From positions 10,666,001 through 10,730,000 of the forward strand of contig NC_058369.1 of the NCBI RefSeq assembly GCF_018350175.1: a stretch of 64,000 bases of DNA, written 5' to 3'. The first letter of the stretch is position 1, and each line of letters opens with the position of its first letter. Below the pieces are notes generated by a model. That model searched no databases. It saw nothing but the letters and a program-made list of their open reading frames with translations, and was not told where the DNA came from. The DNA is from Felis catus (Eukaryota). Shown one piece after another: positions 1-13,598 of this stretch. The translations under genes and the position numbers were made by a program.

Positions 1-589
1 CCCAGACCCCCATGAAGTTCTTGTCAAATATGTCACTCTTTTTTTCATCCTTGTTTTCTCAGGGGAAAATACATATAAATAGTAAACATTAAACGTTAAA
101 CATTTTGAAATATACTTCTGTGTCATTAAGTGCTTTCTCACTGTTGAGCAACCACCACCTCTATCAATCTCCAGAACGTCCTCATTGTCTCAAACTGAAC
201 TTCTGTCTCCTTGAAATACTAAATTCGTATTGCCCCTCTGCCCAACCCCTGTGTCCCACCATCTTACCTTCTCTTCAGGTTTACCTAAAGAGATTACCCT
301 AGGTATCTCATATACATGTAATTGTATAATATTGGTCTGTTTGTGCCGGCTTGTTTCAGGTAGCATAATATTTGTAAGATTCACCCAAGTTATAGCTTGT
401 GTCAGAATCCCATTCATGTTAAAGGCTGAATGATGTTCTACTGTATGAGTTCACCACACTTTGTTCATCCGTGAGTTTTTTGATGGACATTTGGGTTGTC
501 TCCACATTTTGGATACTGTGAATAAAGGTGTTTTGAAAATTGGTGTACAAAAATCTGTTCTAGTCACTGCTCTAAATTCTATTGGGACA

Positions 590-789
590 GAGGACCCTGG
601 GTGGCTCAGTTGGTTGAGCCTTCAGCTCAGGCCATGATCTCATGGTTTGTGGGTTTGAGCCTTGGGTCGGGTTCTGTGCTGACAGCTCAGAGCCTGGAGC
701 CTGTTTCAGATTCCGGGTCTTGCTCTCTCTCCCCTGCTCATGTCTGTCTCTCTAAAAAAACATTAAAAAATTAAAAATAAATAAAAATA
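590..789 (+). mobile_element. CAN-SINE
   Basis: CTGGGTGGCTCAG head, CT-rich segment, A tail. Confidence 0.9.
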
Positions 790-1124
790 AATTATTTTGG
801 GACATATAAGTAGGTATATAAGCAGGAGTGAAACTCCAAATGATCATTCTATGTTTACATTTTAAGGAACTGGCACAATCTTTTCTACACTAGCTGTGCC
901 ACTTTTCATTCTCATTGGCAAGCACCACAGGGCTGCAATTTCCCCTTATCCTCACCAACAACTATTTTCTGTTTAGTTTTAAAAAAATAGCCATTCTAGT
1001 ATGTGTGTTGTGGTATCACATTATGGGTTTGATTTGCATTTCCCTAATGATTAGTCATGTTTGACTCTAAATATCCATACCTATATCTTCTTTGGAGAAG
1101 TGTCTATTTGAGTCTATTGCTTTC

Positions 1125-1549
1125 TTTTTCTTTTAACAATTTTTTTTAAATTTATTTAAAAATTTTAATTCCAGTACAGTTAACATACAGTGTAACATTA
1201 GTTTCAGGTGTACAATATAGTGATTTGGCACTTCTGTACAACAGCCGGTGCTCATCATGACAAGGACAGTCCTTAATCCCCATCACCTATTTCACCCATC
1301 CCCCCGCCCCCTCAACACCCTCTGGTAACCATCAGTTTGTTCTCTATAGTTAAGAGTCTGTTTCTCGTTTTCTCTGTCCTTTCTTCCCCTTGCTCATTTG
1401 TACTGTTTCTTAAATTGCACATATGAATGAAAGCATATGGTATTTGTTTTTCTCCGAATGACTAATTCCATTTAGCATAAGACCTTCTAGCTTATGCTAA
1501 GGTTGAAAAGCAAGATTTCAGTTTTTTTTTATTGGCTGAAAAATATTCC

Positions 1550-1591
<42 letters not shown>

Positions 1592-1998
1592 TACCGCATC
1601 TTCTTTATTCATTCATCTGTTGGTGGACACATGAGCTGCTTCCACAATTTGGATATTGTAAATGATGCTGCTGTAAGCATAGAGGTGCAAGTATCCCTTT
1701 GAATTTTTTAAAAATATTTTTGGGGTAATGACCCCGTAGTGCAATTACTGGATTGCAGAGAGGCTTTATTTATGCCTTGAAGGAGCCTCTATACTCTTTT
1801 CCGCAGTGGCAACTCCAGTTTCTATTTCCACCAACAATATCAGAGGGTTCTCTTTTCTCCAAATCATTGCCCACACTTACTGTTTTTTCTTTTTAATCTT
1901 TTAAAAAAGTTTTTATTATGGAGGCATTGAGTCAGTCGATTGTACACCTGAAATGAATATTATACTGTATGTTAAGTAACTGGAATTTAAATTTTAAA
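1125..1998. mobile_element. Composite carnivore L1 insertion: antisense 3' end plus short sense 3' end
   Basis: 1168-1216 is close to the reverse complement of 1939-1986; flanked by ATTGC(T/C)TTT; equivalent insertion at about 27815-29350. Confidence 0.7.
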
Positions 1999-2560
1999 AT
2001 TGCCTTTTTAAAATTGAGTTGTTTGTGTTTTTTTGGTTGGTGGAATTTTTGAAATTCTTTATATATTTTGGATATTAATCCATTACCAGCTATACGATTT
2101 GCCAGTCTTTTCTGCATTTTGTTGGTTGTCTTTTCACTTGGGAAATAGTGCCCTCTAATGTACAAATATTTTTAATTTCGCTAAAATGCTTTTTTCTCTA
2201 ATCGCCTGTGTTTTTGGTGTTACATCTGGGAAATTATAGTCAAATCCAGGGTCATATAAATGTACTTCTGTATTTTCTTCTAAGTGCTTGCAGTTATATT
2301 TCTTATGCTTCAGTCCGTGACCCACTTGGAGTCATGCTGGTAGATGGTGGCTGGAAGGGTCGACTTCATCTTTTTGCACGTGGATATCCATGTTTCCCAC
2401 CACCATTTCTTGGACAGGCTGTGCATATGTCATTGAAATTTCCTGACACACATGTAAAAACCATTCAGTTGTATATATTTGAATTTACTTCTGCACTCCC
2501 TTGTATTCCATTGGGTTATATTTCTGTTTTTGTTGTTGTTGTTGAAAAACAGATCAGCTT

Positions 2561-5500
2561 GGGGGAGGGGCCAAGATGGCAGAACAGCATGGTAGTTTTT
2601 TTTTTTTTTTTGTCATCTCTCATCCCTGAAATGCAGCCAGATCAACACGAAACCATCTTGCACACCTAGAAAACTGATTTGAGGATTAACACAACAATCT
2701 CCACCACCTGAACACAGAACTGGGCAGTTATGTGGTGCGGAGTGGTGAACTGGGGGAGAGAGAAGCCGCAGAGGGCAGGGAGCTGTTTTTGCTTGTGAAG
2801 AGAGGATGGAGACAAGGGAGAGCACATGGGAGACATGGGAAAAGCACAACACCCCCTCCAAAGCAGCTGGAGATAGAAAGGAAGAGTGGAAATAGCCCCA
2901 AGGGAATGGACAAAAAAGGGAGAAAGGAGGGGGTTTAAATTCCATTAAGACTCTATAAACAGGGAGTGCGGAGTTCTGAAACTCCACAGCTCAATACCTG
3001 GTGGTGTTCTGGTGGGAAGGGCGAATCCCCAGGAGTAGAGAGCAAGGTCTGAGGGGTTCTTGGGTCACAAGGGGAGTGGTGGTTCCCTTGCTGGTAGGAC
3101 ATTCAGTAGAGGCTGTGCAGCCTCCCCACAGGTGAAGATCCCAGCAGACCCTGGAGAACGACCTCTTTCATTGGTGTTGAAACAAGGACGTTAAAGGTGA
3201 AGCTTGGCACCAGATGTGTGTTGTGATTTTCCATAATCCCTGAAATGCTGCTGCTACATGATCACACAAACTTTTTCTGGTGCGGGCTTGCAGCCAGACG
3301 CAGTCTCTGGATATGTGCATCAGCATGGTCTCATGAATGTTTCTAGGTGCAGGCCGGCACCCAGCCATTGCTCCATGAGACTCTCCCCAGAGGGTCTGAG
3401 CAGGTCAAACCTGCAGTCCCTCAGAAGTGCTGTGTTGGGAAACAACCCCATCTGAGATAAATCCCAGGAGGGAGGTGCCGCCTGGCAAGCTGACAGCTTG
3501 GTCATGGACAGTATAGAAGCAGGGAGTGGAGGAAAGCCAGAGACAAAGGGGAGGTGCTTGATTGCCCGTCAGGGAGAGCACAGAGTTTTGATACTAGACA
3601 CTGGATAGAGGGGTGATGCCATTTTTACCCCTCCCGCACATGCGCCTACACGCCTACATGTACCACAACAATCTACCTCAGTAAGCTAAGCTGTTCTATC
3701 TAGTGGACAATGAAGTCGTTACACTAAGCCTGGCCAAACTGAGCCAACTGTGCTGTTGAGGAACACCAGAAGTCTCTCTGCCTGCTTAGTTTACAGTCTA
3801 TAAATTGCTTCATAGTTTGACTTCTAGGAAAAAAAACCGGATATAATTTCAAATGTATTTCATTCTGTTTGCTGGTCCATCTATTCAATTTTTTCCCTTT
3901 TCTTCTCTTTTCTTATTCTTGCATACAGATAGGGAAAAATTTATTTTTATTTTCCATTTTTATTAAAAAGATTTTTCCTCATTTTTTTCAATTATATTTT
4001 TTAATTTTTTGTAAAATTTTCAAATTCTATTTTACTCCCATTATTTAATTTATTGTATGTTATTATATTCATTTTTTTCAAATTTTCAAACCTTTTCTTT
4101 TTTCTTTTTCCTTTTTTGTCTTCTCGTATCCTTCCCTTTTTTCTCTAATCTATCAAGCTCCCTTTAACAACCAGACCAAAACACACCTAGGATCTAGCCT
4201 CCTTTATTTCATTTTTGTGTGTTGTTTTCAATTTTTATTTTACTTTGTTAATTCCTTTTCTTCCTTCAAAATGATGAAATGAAGGAGTTGACCCCAAAAG
4301 AAAGAAAAGGAATAAATGACAGCCAGGGACTTAATCAATACAGATACAAGTAAGATATCTGAAATATAATTTAGAGTCACGATAATAAGAGTAGCTGGGG
4401 TTTAAAATGATTAGAATCGCTTTCTGCAGAGATGAAAGAAGTAAAAGCCAGTCAGGATGAAAAACAATGATATAACTGAGCTACATTCTTGAATGGATGC
4501 CACGGTGACAAGGATGGATGAAACAGAGCAGTGAATCAACGATATAGAGGACAAACTTAATGAGCATAATGAAAGCAGAAAAAAAGAGGGAAACTAAGGC
4601 AAAAGAGCACAATATAAGAATTAGAGAATTCAGTGACTCATTAAAAAGGAATAACATCCCAATCGTAGGGGGTCTTAGAAGATGAAGAGAGATAAAAAGG
4701 GATGGAAGGTTTATGTAAAGAAATCATAGTAGAAAACTTTCCTAACCTAGAGAAAGACACAGACATAAAAATTCAGGAAACACCTCCCATTAGATTCAAC
4801 AAAAACCGAGCATCAACAAGGCATATTATAGTCAAATTCACAAAATACTCAGGCAAGGAAAGAATCATGAAAGCAGCAAGAGAAAAAAGTCCTTAACCTA
4901 CAAGGGAAGACAGATTGGGTTCACAGCAGACCTATCCACAGAAAGTTAGCAGGCCAGAAAGGAGTGGCAGGATATATTGAATGTGCTGAATAGGAAAAAT
5001 ATGCAGCCAAGTATTCTTTATCCAGCAAGGCTGTCATTCAAAATAGAAGGAGAGATAAAAGATTTCCCAGACACACAAAAATTGAAAGAGTTCATGACCA
5101 CTTAACCATCCCTGCAAAAAATTTTAAGGGGGACTCTCTGAGGGGAGAAAGGACAAAAAGAAAAAGAAAAAAAAAAAAAAAAGAAAAAAAGACCAAAAAG
5201 CAACAACGATTAGAAAGGACCAGAGAATAACACCAGAAACTCCAACTCTCCAGGCAACATAATGGCAATAAATTCATATCTTTCAGTACTCATCCTAAAT
5301 GTCAATGGAATAAATGCTTCAATCAAAAGACATAGGATAACAGAATGGATAGGAAAACAAGATCCATCTATATGTTGTTTACAAGAGACCCATTGTAGAC
5401 CTAAAGAAACCTTTAGATTGAAAGTAGGGGATGGAGAGCCATCTTTCATGCTAATGGTCACTATAAGAAAGCCAGAGTAGCCATACATATATCAGACAAG

Positions 5501-8500
5501 CTAGATTTTAAAATAAAGACCATAACAAGAGATGAATTGTTCTATCCACCAAGATATAACAATTGTAAACACTTATGCTCCAAATGTGAAAGCACCCAAA
5601 TATATAAATCTATTAATCACAAACATAAAGAAACTCATTGTTAATAATACCATAGTAGTAAGGGACTTCAACATGCCACTTGCAACAATGGACAGATCAT
5701 TTAATCAGAAATCAACAATGAAACAATGGCTTTGAATGACACACTGGACCAGATGGACTTAACAGATATATTCAGAACATTTCATCCGAAAGCAGCAGAA
5801 TACACATTCTTCTCAACTGCACATGAAACAGTCTCCAGAATAGATCACATACTGGGACACAAATCATCCCTCAATAAGTACAAAAAGATTGAGATCATAC
5901 ATGCATATTTTCAGACCACAATGCTATGAAACTCGAAACCAACCACAAGAAAAATTTGGAAAGATAACTAATACTTGGACACTAAGGAACATCCTACCAA
6001 TGAATGAATGGGCTAACCAAGAAGTTAAAGAGGAAATTAAAAGTACATGGAAGCCAATGAAAATGATAACACCTTAGCCCAAAACCTCTGGGACGCAGGG
6101 AAGGTAGTCATAAGTGGGAAGTATATAGCAATCCAGGCTTTCCTAAAGAAGGAAGAAAGGTCTCAGATACACAACCTAACCTTATATCTTAAAAAGCTGG
6201 ATAAAGAACAGCAAATAAAACCCCAAACCAGCATAAGACAGGACATAGTAAAGATTAGAGCAGAAATCAATGCTATTGAAACCAAAAAACAGAACAGAAC
6301 AATGAAACCAGGAGATGGTTCTTTGAAAGAATTAACAAAATTGATAAAGACCTAGCCAGTTTGGTCAAAAAGAAAAAGGAAAGGACCCACATAAGTAAAA
6401 TCAAGAATGAAAGGGGAGAGATCACAACCAGCACTGCAAAAATACAAAACAATAATAAGAGAATATTATGATTAATTATATGCTAATAAAATGCACAATC
6501 TGGAAGAAATGGACAAATTCCTAGAAGCATATAAACTACCATAACTGAAACAGGAAGAAATAGAAAATTTGAACAGTTCCATAACCAGTAAAGAAATCAA
6601 ATTAGTAATCAAAAAATTTCCCAAAAACAGGAGTCAGGGCCAGGTGGCTTCCAGTGGGATTCTACCAAACAGTTAAAGATGCATTAACACCTATTCTTTT
6701 GAAGCTGTTCCAAAAAATAGAAATAGAAGGAAAACTTCCAAACTCTTTCTACGAAGCCAGTATTACCTTGACTCCAAATCCAGAAAGACCCCAACAAAAA
6801 GGAGAGCTACAGACGAATTTTCCTGATGAACATGGATGGAAAAATCCTCAACAAGATACTACTCAACTGGATCCATCAATACATTAAAAGAATTATTCAC
6901 CATGACCAACTGAGATGCAGGTTGGTTTGATATCTGCAAAACAATCAATGTGATACATCACACCAATAAAAGAAAGGACAAGAACCACATGATCCTCTCA
7001 ACAGATGCAGACAAAGCATTTGACAAAATACAGCATCCTTTCTTGGTAAAAACCATCAGGAAAGTAGGGATAGAAGGATAATACCTCAAGATTATGAAAG
7101 CCATATATGAAAGACCTACCACTAATATCATCCTCAATGGGGAAATCCTGAGAGCTCTCCCTCTAAGGTCAGGAACAAGACAGGGATGTCCACTCTCACC
7201 ACTGCTATTTAGTGTAGTATTGGAAGTCCTAGCCTCAGCTATCGGCCAACACAAAGGAATAAAAGGAATCCCAATCAGGCAGGAGGAGGTCAAACTTTCA
7301 CTCTTTGCAGATGACATGGTACTCTCTATGGGAAACCCAAAAGATTCCACCAAAAAACTTCTAGAACTGATCTATGAATTCAGCAAAGTTGCAGTATATA
7401 AAATCAATGCACAGGAATTGGTTGCATTCCTATAGACCAATAATGAAGCAACAGAAAGAGAAATCAAGGTATTGATCCTATTTACAATTGCACCAAAACC
7501 CGTAAAATACCTAGTAATAAACCTAACCAAAGTGGTGAAAAATCTATACATTGAAAACTATTGAAAGCTTATGAATGAAATTGAAGAAGACACAAAAAAA
7601 TGAAAAAATATTCCATGTCTCTAGATAGGAAGAAAAAATACTGTTATAATGTCAATACTACCCAAAGCAATCTACATATTCAATGCAATTCCTATCAAAA
7701 TATCACCAATACTCTTCACAGACCTAGTACAAACAATCCTAAAATTAGTATGGAGCCAGAAAAGACCCCTAATACCCAAACTAATCTTGTAAAAGAGAAC
7801 CGAAGCTGGAGGCATCACAATCCCAGACTTCAAGACGTGTTACAATGCTGTAGTCATCAAGACAGTATGACACTGGCAAAAAACAGACACTCAGATCAAT
7901 GGAACAGAATAGAGAACCCAGAAATGGACCCACAAATGTATGGCCAACTAACCTTTGAAAATGCAGGATAGAATACCCAATGGAATAAAGACAGTCTCTT
8001 CAGCAAATGGTGCTGGGAAAACTGGACAACGGCATGCAGAAAAATGAACCTGGACCACTTTCTTACACCATACACAAAATAAACTGAAAATGGATGAAAG
8101 ACCTAAATGTAAGACAGGAAGCCATCAAAATCCTTGAAGAGAAAGCAGAAAAAAACCTCTCCGATCTCGGCTGCAGCAACTTCATACTCAACACGTCTCC
8201 GGAGGCAAGGAAACAAAAGTAAAAATGAACTATTGGGACCTCATCAAAGTCAAAAGCTTCAGTACAGCAAAGGAAACAATCAGTAAAACTAAAAGGAAAC
8301 CAACAGAATGGGAGAAGATATTTGCAAATGACATATCAGATAAAGGGTTAGTATCCAAAATCTATAAAGAACTTATCAAACTCAACACCCAAAAAACAAA
8401 TAATCCAGTGAAGAAATGGGCAAAAGACATGAATAGACACTTCTCCAAAGAAGACATCCAGATGGCTAACAGACACATGAAAAGTGTTCAACATCACTCA

Positions 8501-9305
8501 TCACCAGGGAAATACATATCAAAACTGCAATGAGATACCACCTCACACCTGTCAGAGTGGCTAACATTAACGACTCAGGCAACAACAGATGTTGGCGAGG
8601 ATACAGAAAAACAGGATCTCTTTTGCACTGCTGGTGGGAATGCAAACTGGTACAGCCGCTTTGGAAAACAGTATGGAGGTTCCTCAAAAAATTAAAAATA
8701 GAACTACCCTATGGCCCAGCAACTGCACTACTAGGTATTTATCCAAGGGATACAGGTAGGCTGTTTTGAAAGGGCACATGCACCCCAGTGTTTATAGCAG
8801 CACTATCAACAGTAGCCAAAGTATGGAAAGAGCTCAAATGTCCGTCAACAGATGAATGGATAAAGAAGATGTGTTATATATATAAAATGGAGTATCACTC
8901 AGCAATCAAAAATAATGAAATCTTGCCTTTTGCAACTACGTGGATGGAACTGGAGGGTGTTATGCTAAGAGAAATTAGAGAAAGACAAATATCATATGAC
9001 TTCACTCATATGAGGACTTTAAGATAAAAAACAGATGAACATAAGTGAAAAAACAGATGAACATAAGGGACGGGAAGAAAAAATAATATAAAAACAGGGA
9101 GGGAGCCATACATAGAGACTCTTAAATATAGAGAAGAATCAGAGGGTTGCTGGAGAGGTTGTGGGAGGGGTGGTGGGCTAAATGGGTAAGGGGAATTAAG
9201 GAATCTACTCTTGAATCATTGTTGCACTATATGATAACAAACTTGGAAGTATATTTAAAAAATTAATTAAAATAATAAATTAATTAAAAAAGGATTTAAA
9301 AAAAG
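2561..9305 (+). mobile_element. Full-length decayed LINE-1 (carnivore/felid)
   Basis: Starts GGGGGAGGGGCCAAGATGGC. ORF1 remnant about 4271-5140; ORF2 remnants 5262-9027 ([31 protein letters not shown]) broken by stops and frameshifts. A-rich tail; degenerate TSD 2544-2560 / 9306-9320. Confidence 0.96.
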
Positions 9306-9714
9306 GAAAGCAGATCACTTTCAATTGTAATGTGGTAACTCTGAAAATCTTATTTTCACCCTTCCCAGCCATTGTTTTTATTGCAGTATAATTTACATTT
9401 AGTGTTATATTAATTTGATGTGTACAATGTAATGTTTAACAATTCTATGCAGTGTTGAGATCTCATGGAGATTAGTGTGCTGTTAATATCCTTTATCTAT
9501 TTCACCCAACCCCACCCACATTCCCTCTGGCAGCCACCTGTTTGTTCTCTGTATTTAAGAGTCTGATTTTTTTGTCTGTCTTTTCCTTGTTTGTTCCTTT
9601 TTTAATTTATTAAATTCCACATATGAGTGTCATCACATGGTATTTGTCTTTCTCTGACTGGCTCAGCACTATACCCTCTAGGTCCATCCAAGTTGCAAAC
9701 TTACATCATACATT

Positions 9715-9883
9715 ATTATTATTTTATTAATCACTTACATACAACAGTGCCGTCAAAATTGCCCTCCTTAGTATCCAACATTCATCTAGCCCATCTTCCT
9801 CCTACCTCTCTACATCAACCCTGAATTTGTTTGCCATCTCTAAGAAATTCTTAGGATTTATTTCTCTTTCTCTTCCCCCTCCC

Positions 9884-9939
<56 letters not shown>

Positions 9940-9970
9940 TCTTAAATTCCACATATGAGAGAAATCATAT
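9715..9970 (-). mobile_element. Short carnivore L1 3' fragment with internal (TA)n
   Basis: CCCTCCTTAGTATCC, AACCCTGAATTTG, TTCTTAAATTCCACATATGAG match other L1 3' ends in the window; no TSD seen. Confidence 0.7.
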
Positions 9971-9996
9971 TAGAACATATTAGAATGGTTCTTTGG

Positions 9997-10250
9997 AGAA
10001 GAGAGAAAAAAGAATATTTCATTAATGAGACTCATGGGAATTCAGCGCCTTCAGGCAGAGAAATTGAAACTGCCTCCGCTGCACCTACTGAAGTGGACTC
10101 TTGTAATCCCGGGTGATTCTGTGTCTTCCAGAACCTTCACAAGTGGGGCCATGTCTCTTCCCTTCCTGGGGATATAACTACCAAAGACACCTCCATGGGA
10201 GAAAGAGGGTCATTCATGTCACACTGTTCTCTGTTAACATCTAGGTGAGC
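9997..10250 (+). promoter_or_regulatory. Candidate promoter / 5' non-coding exon of OR-1
   Basis: TAATGA (10023) beside O/E-like CTCATGGGAA; further O/E-like TTCCTGGGGA (10163) and CTCCATGGGA (10191); donor AG|GTGAGC at 10245; homologous blocks precede OR-2 and OR-3. Confidence 0.6.
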
Positions 10251-10494
10251 CACGGCATCTCCAGAAGTGCTGGGGAAATGTGTTATGGTGGGAGGGACCC
10301 CGTTATAGGTGATTATTTTGAGGGCATCAAAGGGACAATTAGTTAAGGAGAGTTTAGTGATGCCAGTTTTGACCAATAAGGCTTTGATTCTGGAGGGCAA
10401 CTCTGGATACACTAAACCATCTCTCCCTGATCTGTCTCCTCCTTAGTGCTTAATCTATGGGCCTTTATCTCTCAACACTATTTCATCCGTTTTC

Positions 10495-10717
10495 TTTTTT
10501 CTTTTATTGTTTTTTATTTTTATTATAATTTTTAACGTTTTTACTTATTTGTGAGGGAGAAGGAGACAGCATAAATAGGGGATGGACAGAGAGAGAGGGG
10601 ATGGACAGAATCTGAGCTGTCAGCACAGAGCCTGATGTGGGGCTTGACCCACAATCATGAGAATCATGACCTGAGCCAAAGTCCAATGCTTAACTGAATG
10701 AGCCACCCAGGCGCCCC
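10495..10717 (-). mobile_element. CAN-SINE
   Basis: Ends GAGCCACCCAGGCGCCCC. Confidence 0.9.
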
Positions 10718-12523
10718 TCCTCTGTTTTCATTGCTGGGTCTTCCATTGTTGGGAGTGACTGTTTATCATTATTGAGCCATTTGTAAATTGCAGTCATTCA
10801 ACATTTTTCAGCAATTAATGTATGGTAGACAGTACCATTTATTCTGGGAATAAATAAATGACAAAGACACCGTTTCTTCTCTCGAGGTAGTCACTGTGTA
10901 AACAGACTGAGAGACGTAAAAATAAATAAATGTGATGCGAGGTTGCATTGGAATCTGGGGAAGTAGATCCTCAAAATTTGACTCTTTATTTTTTTTAAAT
11001 TGTTTTCAATAAAGAGGACTCTTTCATAGGTGTCAGTTAAGGCTTCACAGAGAAGCTGGTAGGTACCGAGCCTCGGAAGGCAGTCTTTCCGTGGGCACAG
11101 GGGATGTGAGAAGTCCAGAATGAAACAGCAGAGGAGGAAATTCAGAGATTACATAAAGCGGAAGTTGTGCTGCTGGAGTTAGAAATACTTCTTACTGTCT
11201 GACCACCAATTAGGAGCAGGGTCTGCAGGTTCTGCAAAAGGAACCCACAGTAGCCTGGTTGGGTAGGCAACAGTCAGATTACCCAAGAAATTGACGTTTT
11301 GGCTAGAGGGTTGAAGTTTCATTCTGAAATTAGTGAAGAGTATGTGCCGGTTTTATGTCAGGGACAGCTATGAACAGGTCTTCTTGATGGAAAAGTGACC
11401 CAGGTTATTGTGAGGAAAACTCTACTGCTGTGCTTAGAGTGTGAATGATGGAAATAGTACCATGAGCATGAGATGGGAGGTAAGGAATGGGTCTCTGAGG
11501 GGGTGGAAATCGTGGATACAGAAACTCAGATGAAGTTTTTTATTCATTCTTAAATGTTTACTAGAAACTCTGCTAGACCTCTTACAGTCATCATTTAATT
11601 GAAAAAATTCAAAAACTATGTGTGTGGCATCATTATTTTATTTTACTGATGGAAAGTGAAAGCAGTGATACTGCTTTATACACAGCAAATAACAGAGCCT
11701 GGGGACATGCTCAGAGCTCAATGTTTCCAGAGATTTTGCTATTCACTAATAATTTTAATTTTTAATAAACTTGATTTTTGAACAGTTGTACCTTTGCAAA
11801 ACAAAAACAAAAACAAAAATGTGCTGTGTTAGTTCAGAAGGTGGTCAGAAGCTCCGCTCTCAGTTTCTGAAGTTATGAACACATCCTCTCGCTTACACCT
11901 GTTACATTTAATCGTCATATCTGCTGAGCTTCCACACGCAGTGACTTTTTCTCAGGCTTCCTTTGTTCTTGAAGCAATTCATAGTTGTGAGGAGTAATGG
12001 TCAGGAGTTTTGTAATATAATCTTCTTTTGGACTAGCCTTCTTTTGTTCATGAGTAGACTAGGACTGTGGATGTTGGACCGGAAGAGCAGAGAGGGAAAC
12101 TTCCATGTTCATCTCATGACATCAAATGTACCCACTGTCAACATGACAGATTCTCATTGGTGTTGATATTGATGTCCTGGCTGGCACGGGGTTTGCCCAG
12201 TTTTTCCACTGTGGTTAGTCTTTCCCCTTTCCTTACATCCTATGCTCATTAGGGACTTTTCTATCCTAAGTATTGAGAGTTCTCCACCTCTCTGAGAGTA
12301 GACTATCTTCTTAAATCATTGTCATTCTTCTGCACTTGAGATCGTTTCTTCTCTTTATTCCTTAATTATTTATTTTGGTGTGTACTCCTTGATACGTAGT
12401 ATATACTCTGGGTCATAGCCCAATACTTCTTTATTTTGTTGCTCAAATTGGTCCAGCTTTGGCAATGGGGGGCTCCTTCAGTGAGCTGATATGTCTCTCT
12501 GGCATGTCCCTATCATTCCTAGC

Positions 12524-12748
12524 TTTAAAAAAATTTTTTTACATTTATTTATTTTTGAGAGACAGAATGAGACAAAGCATGAGCAGGGGAGGGGCAGAGA
12601 GAGAAGGAGACACAGAATCTGAAGCAGGTTCCAAGCTCTGAGCAAGCGGTCAGCACAGAGCCTGATGCGGGGCTCGGACCACGAACTGTGACATCTTGCC
12701 CTGAGCCGAAGTCTGACACTCAGCCAACTGAGCCACCCAGGTGCCCCC
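12524..12748 (-). mobile_element. CAN-SINE
   Basis: Ends GAGCCACCCAGGTGCCCC; absent from the paralogous site near 33710. Confidence 0.9.
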
Positions 12749-13598
12749 ATGATTCCTGTATTTTTAAAGGGAGTGTAGTATTTCATTACTCTCTTACAGA
12801 AGATGATGCTTCAGCTTCTTGTGTTTCCCTCCTGAGCCCTAGAAGCAGTCATTTCTGCAAGGAGCCCGGTTTCATTTTCTTGGGACATGGGGTTAAAACC
12901 AAGACATGGGTTCCAGGTGTGCTTGCTGCTACCAGGTTCTCTATATCCCCTGACCTGACCCAGCAAGGAAACATATAAATGTTTACTACTCTGTGTACAC
13001 GCAGACATCCATAGATGTATCTATACGTAAGCCTCTGTATCTATGTTAAGATAGAAGCAAGTTCATGCTGATGACATCAACTCTATTATCACAAGGATCA
13101 TACTAGCCTTCTTGCTTCCGTGTAAAGTCCCACAATGTGATTACCTTATTCCCACCATTTGCTCTCTGTTTCCTTCTATGTTCAATTACAGTGCACATGC
13201 GCAGAAGTATCAGTATTGTTAACAATACCTTCTGGGATACATTTTATTAAGTATGGAGCAGTGCTTCTGTGCAATTTCTTTCATCTCCAAATTTCAGAAT
13301 CCACTCATATTCCAAATCACATATTTCTGCACTTTTTTTTTTTGCCTACCTGTTTCACTGAGATTGTCTCGTACAATTGTAATACAGTTAGTTGTTTTTT
13401 TTTTTTCACGTGGTGCATTCCATGCTGGGATTCGCTCTGCTATGTAAATTGTGTCTGTGTGCTGATTTGTATTCTGCAAATTTGCTGAATATGTGTATCA
13501 GCCTAACAGGTTTATATGTTTTTACTGATATCCTATTAGTTTATGTTTACATTTATCTACTGTCTGTCTGTCTATCTATTTATCTATCTATCTATATC

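Larger units (their letters stand above)
29..2560 (-). repeat. Duplicated block B copy 1: old antisense L1 3' region (resumes 9306-9700 after the full-length L1)
   Basis: Colinear with 20155-23430 and 26738-30750 (ATGTCACTCTTTT, ACCACCACCTC, GATGGACATTTGG, AATGTGGTAACTC). Confidence 0.85.

Noticed and set aside
4271..9027. Active or domesticated reverse transcriptase system
   Set aside because: Ordinary L1 with an early ORF1 stop and many ORF2 stops and frameshifts; the 62-64 kb L1 is also frameshifted.
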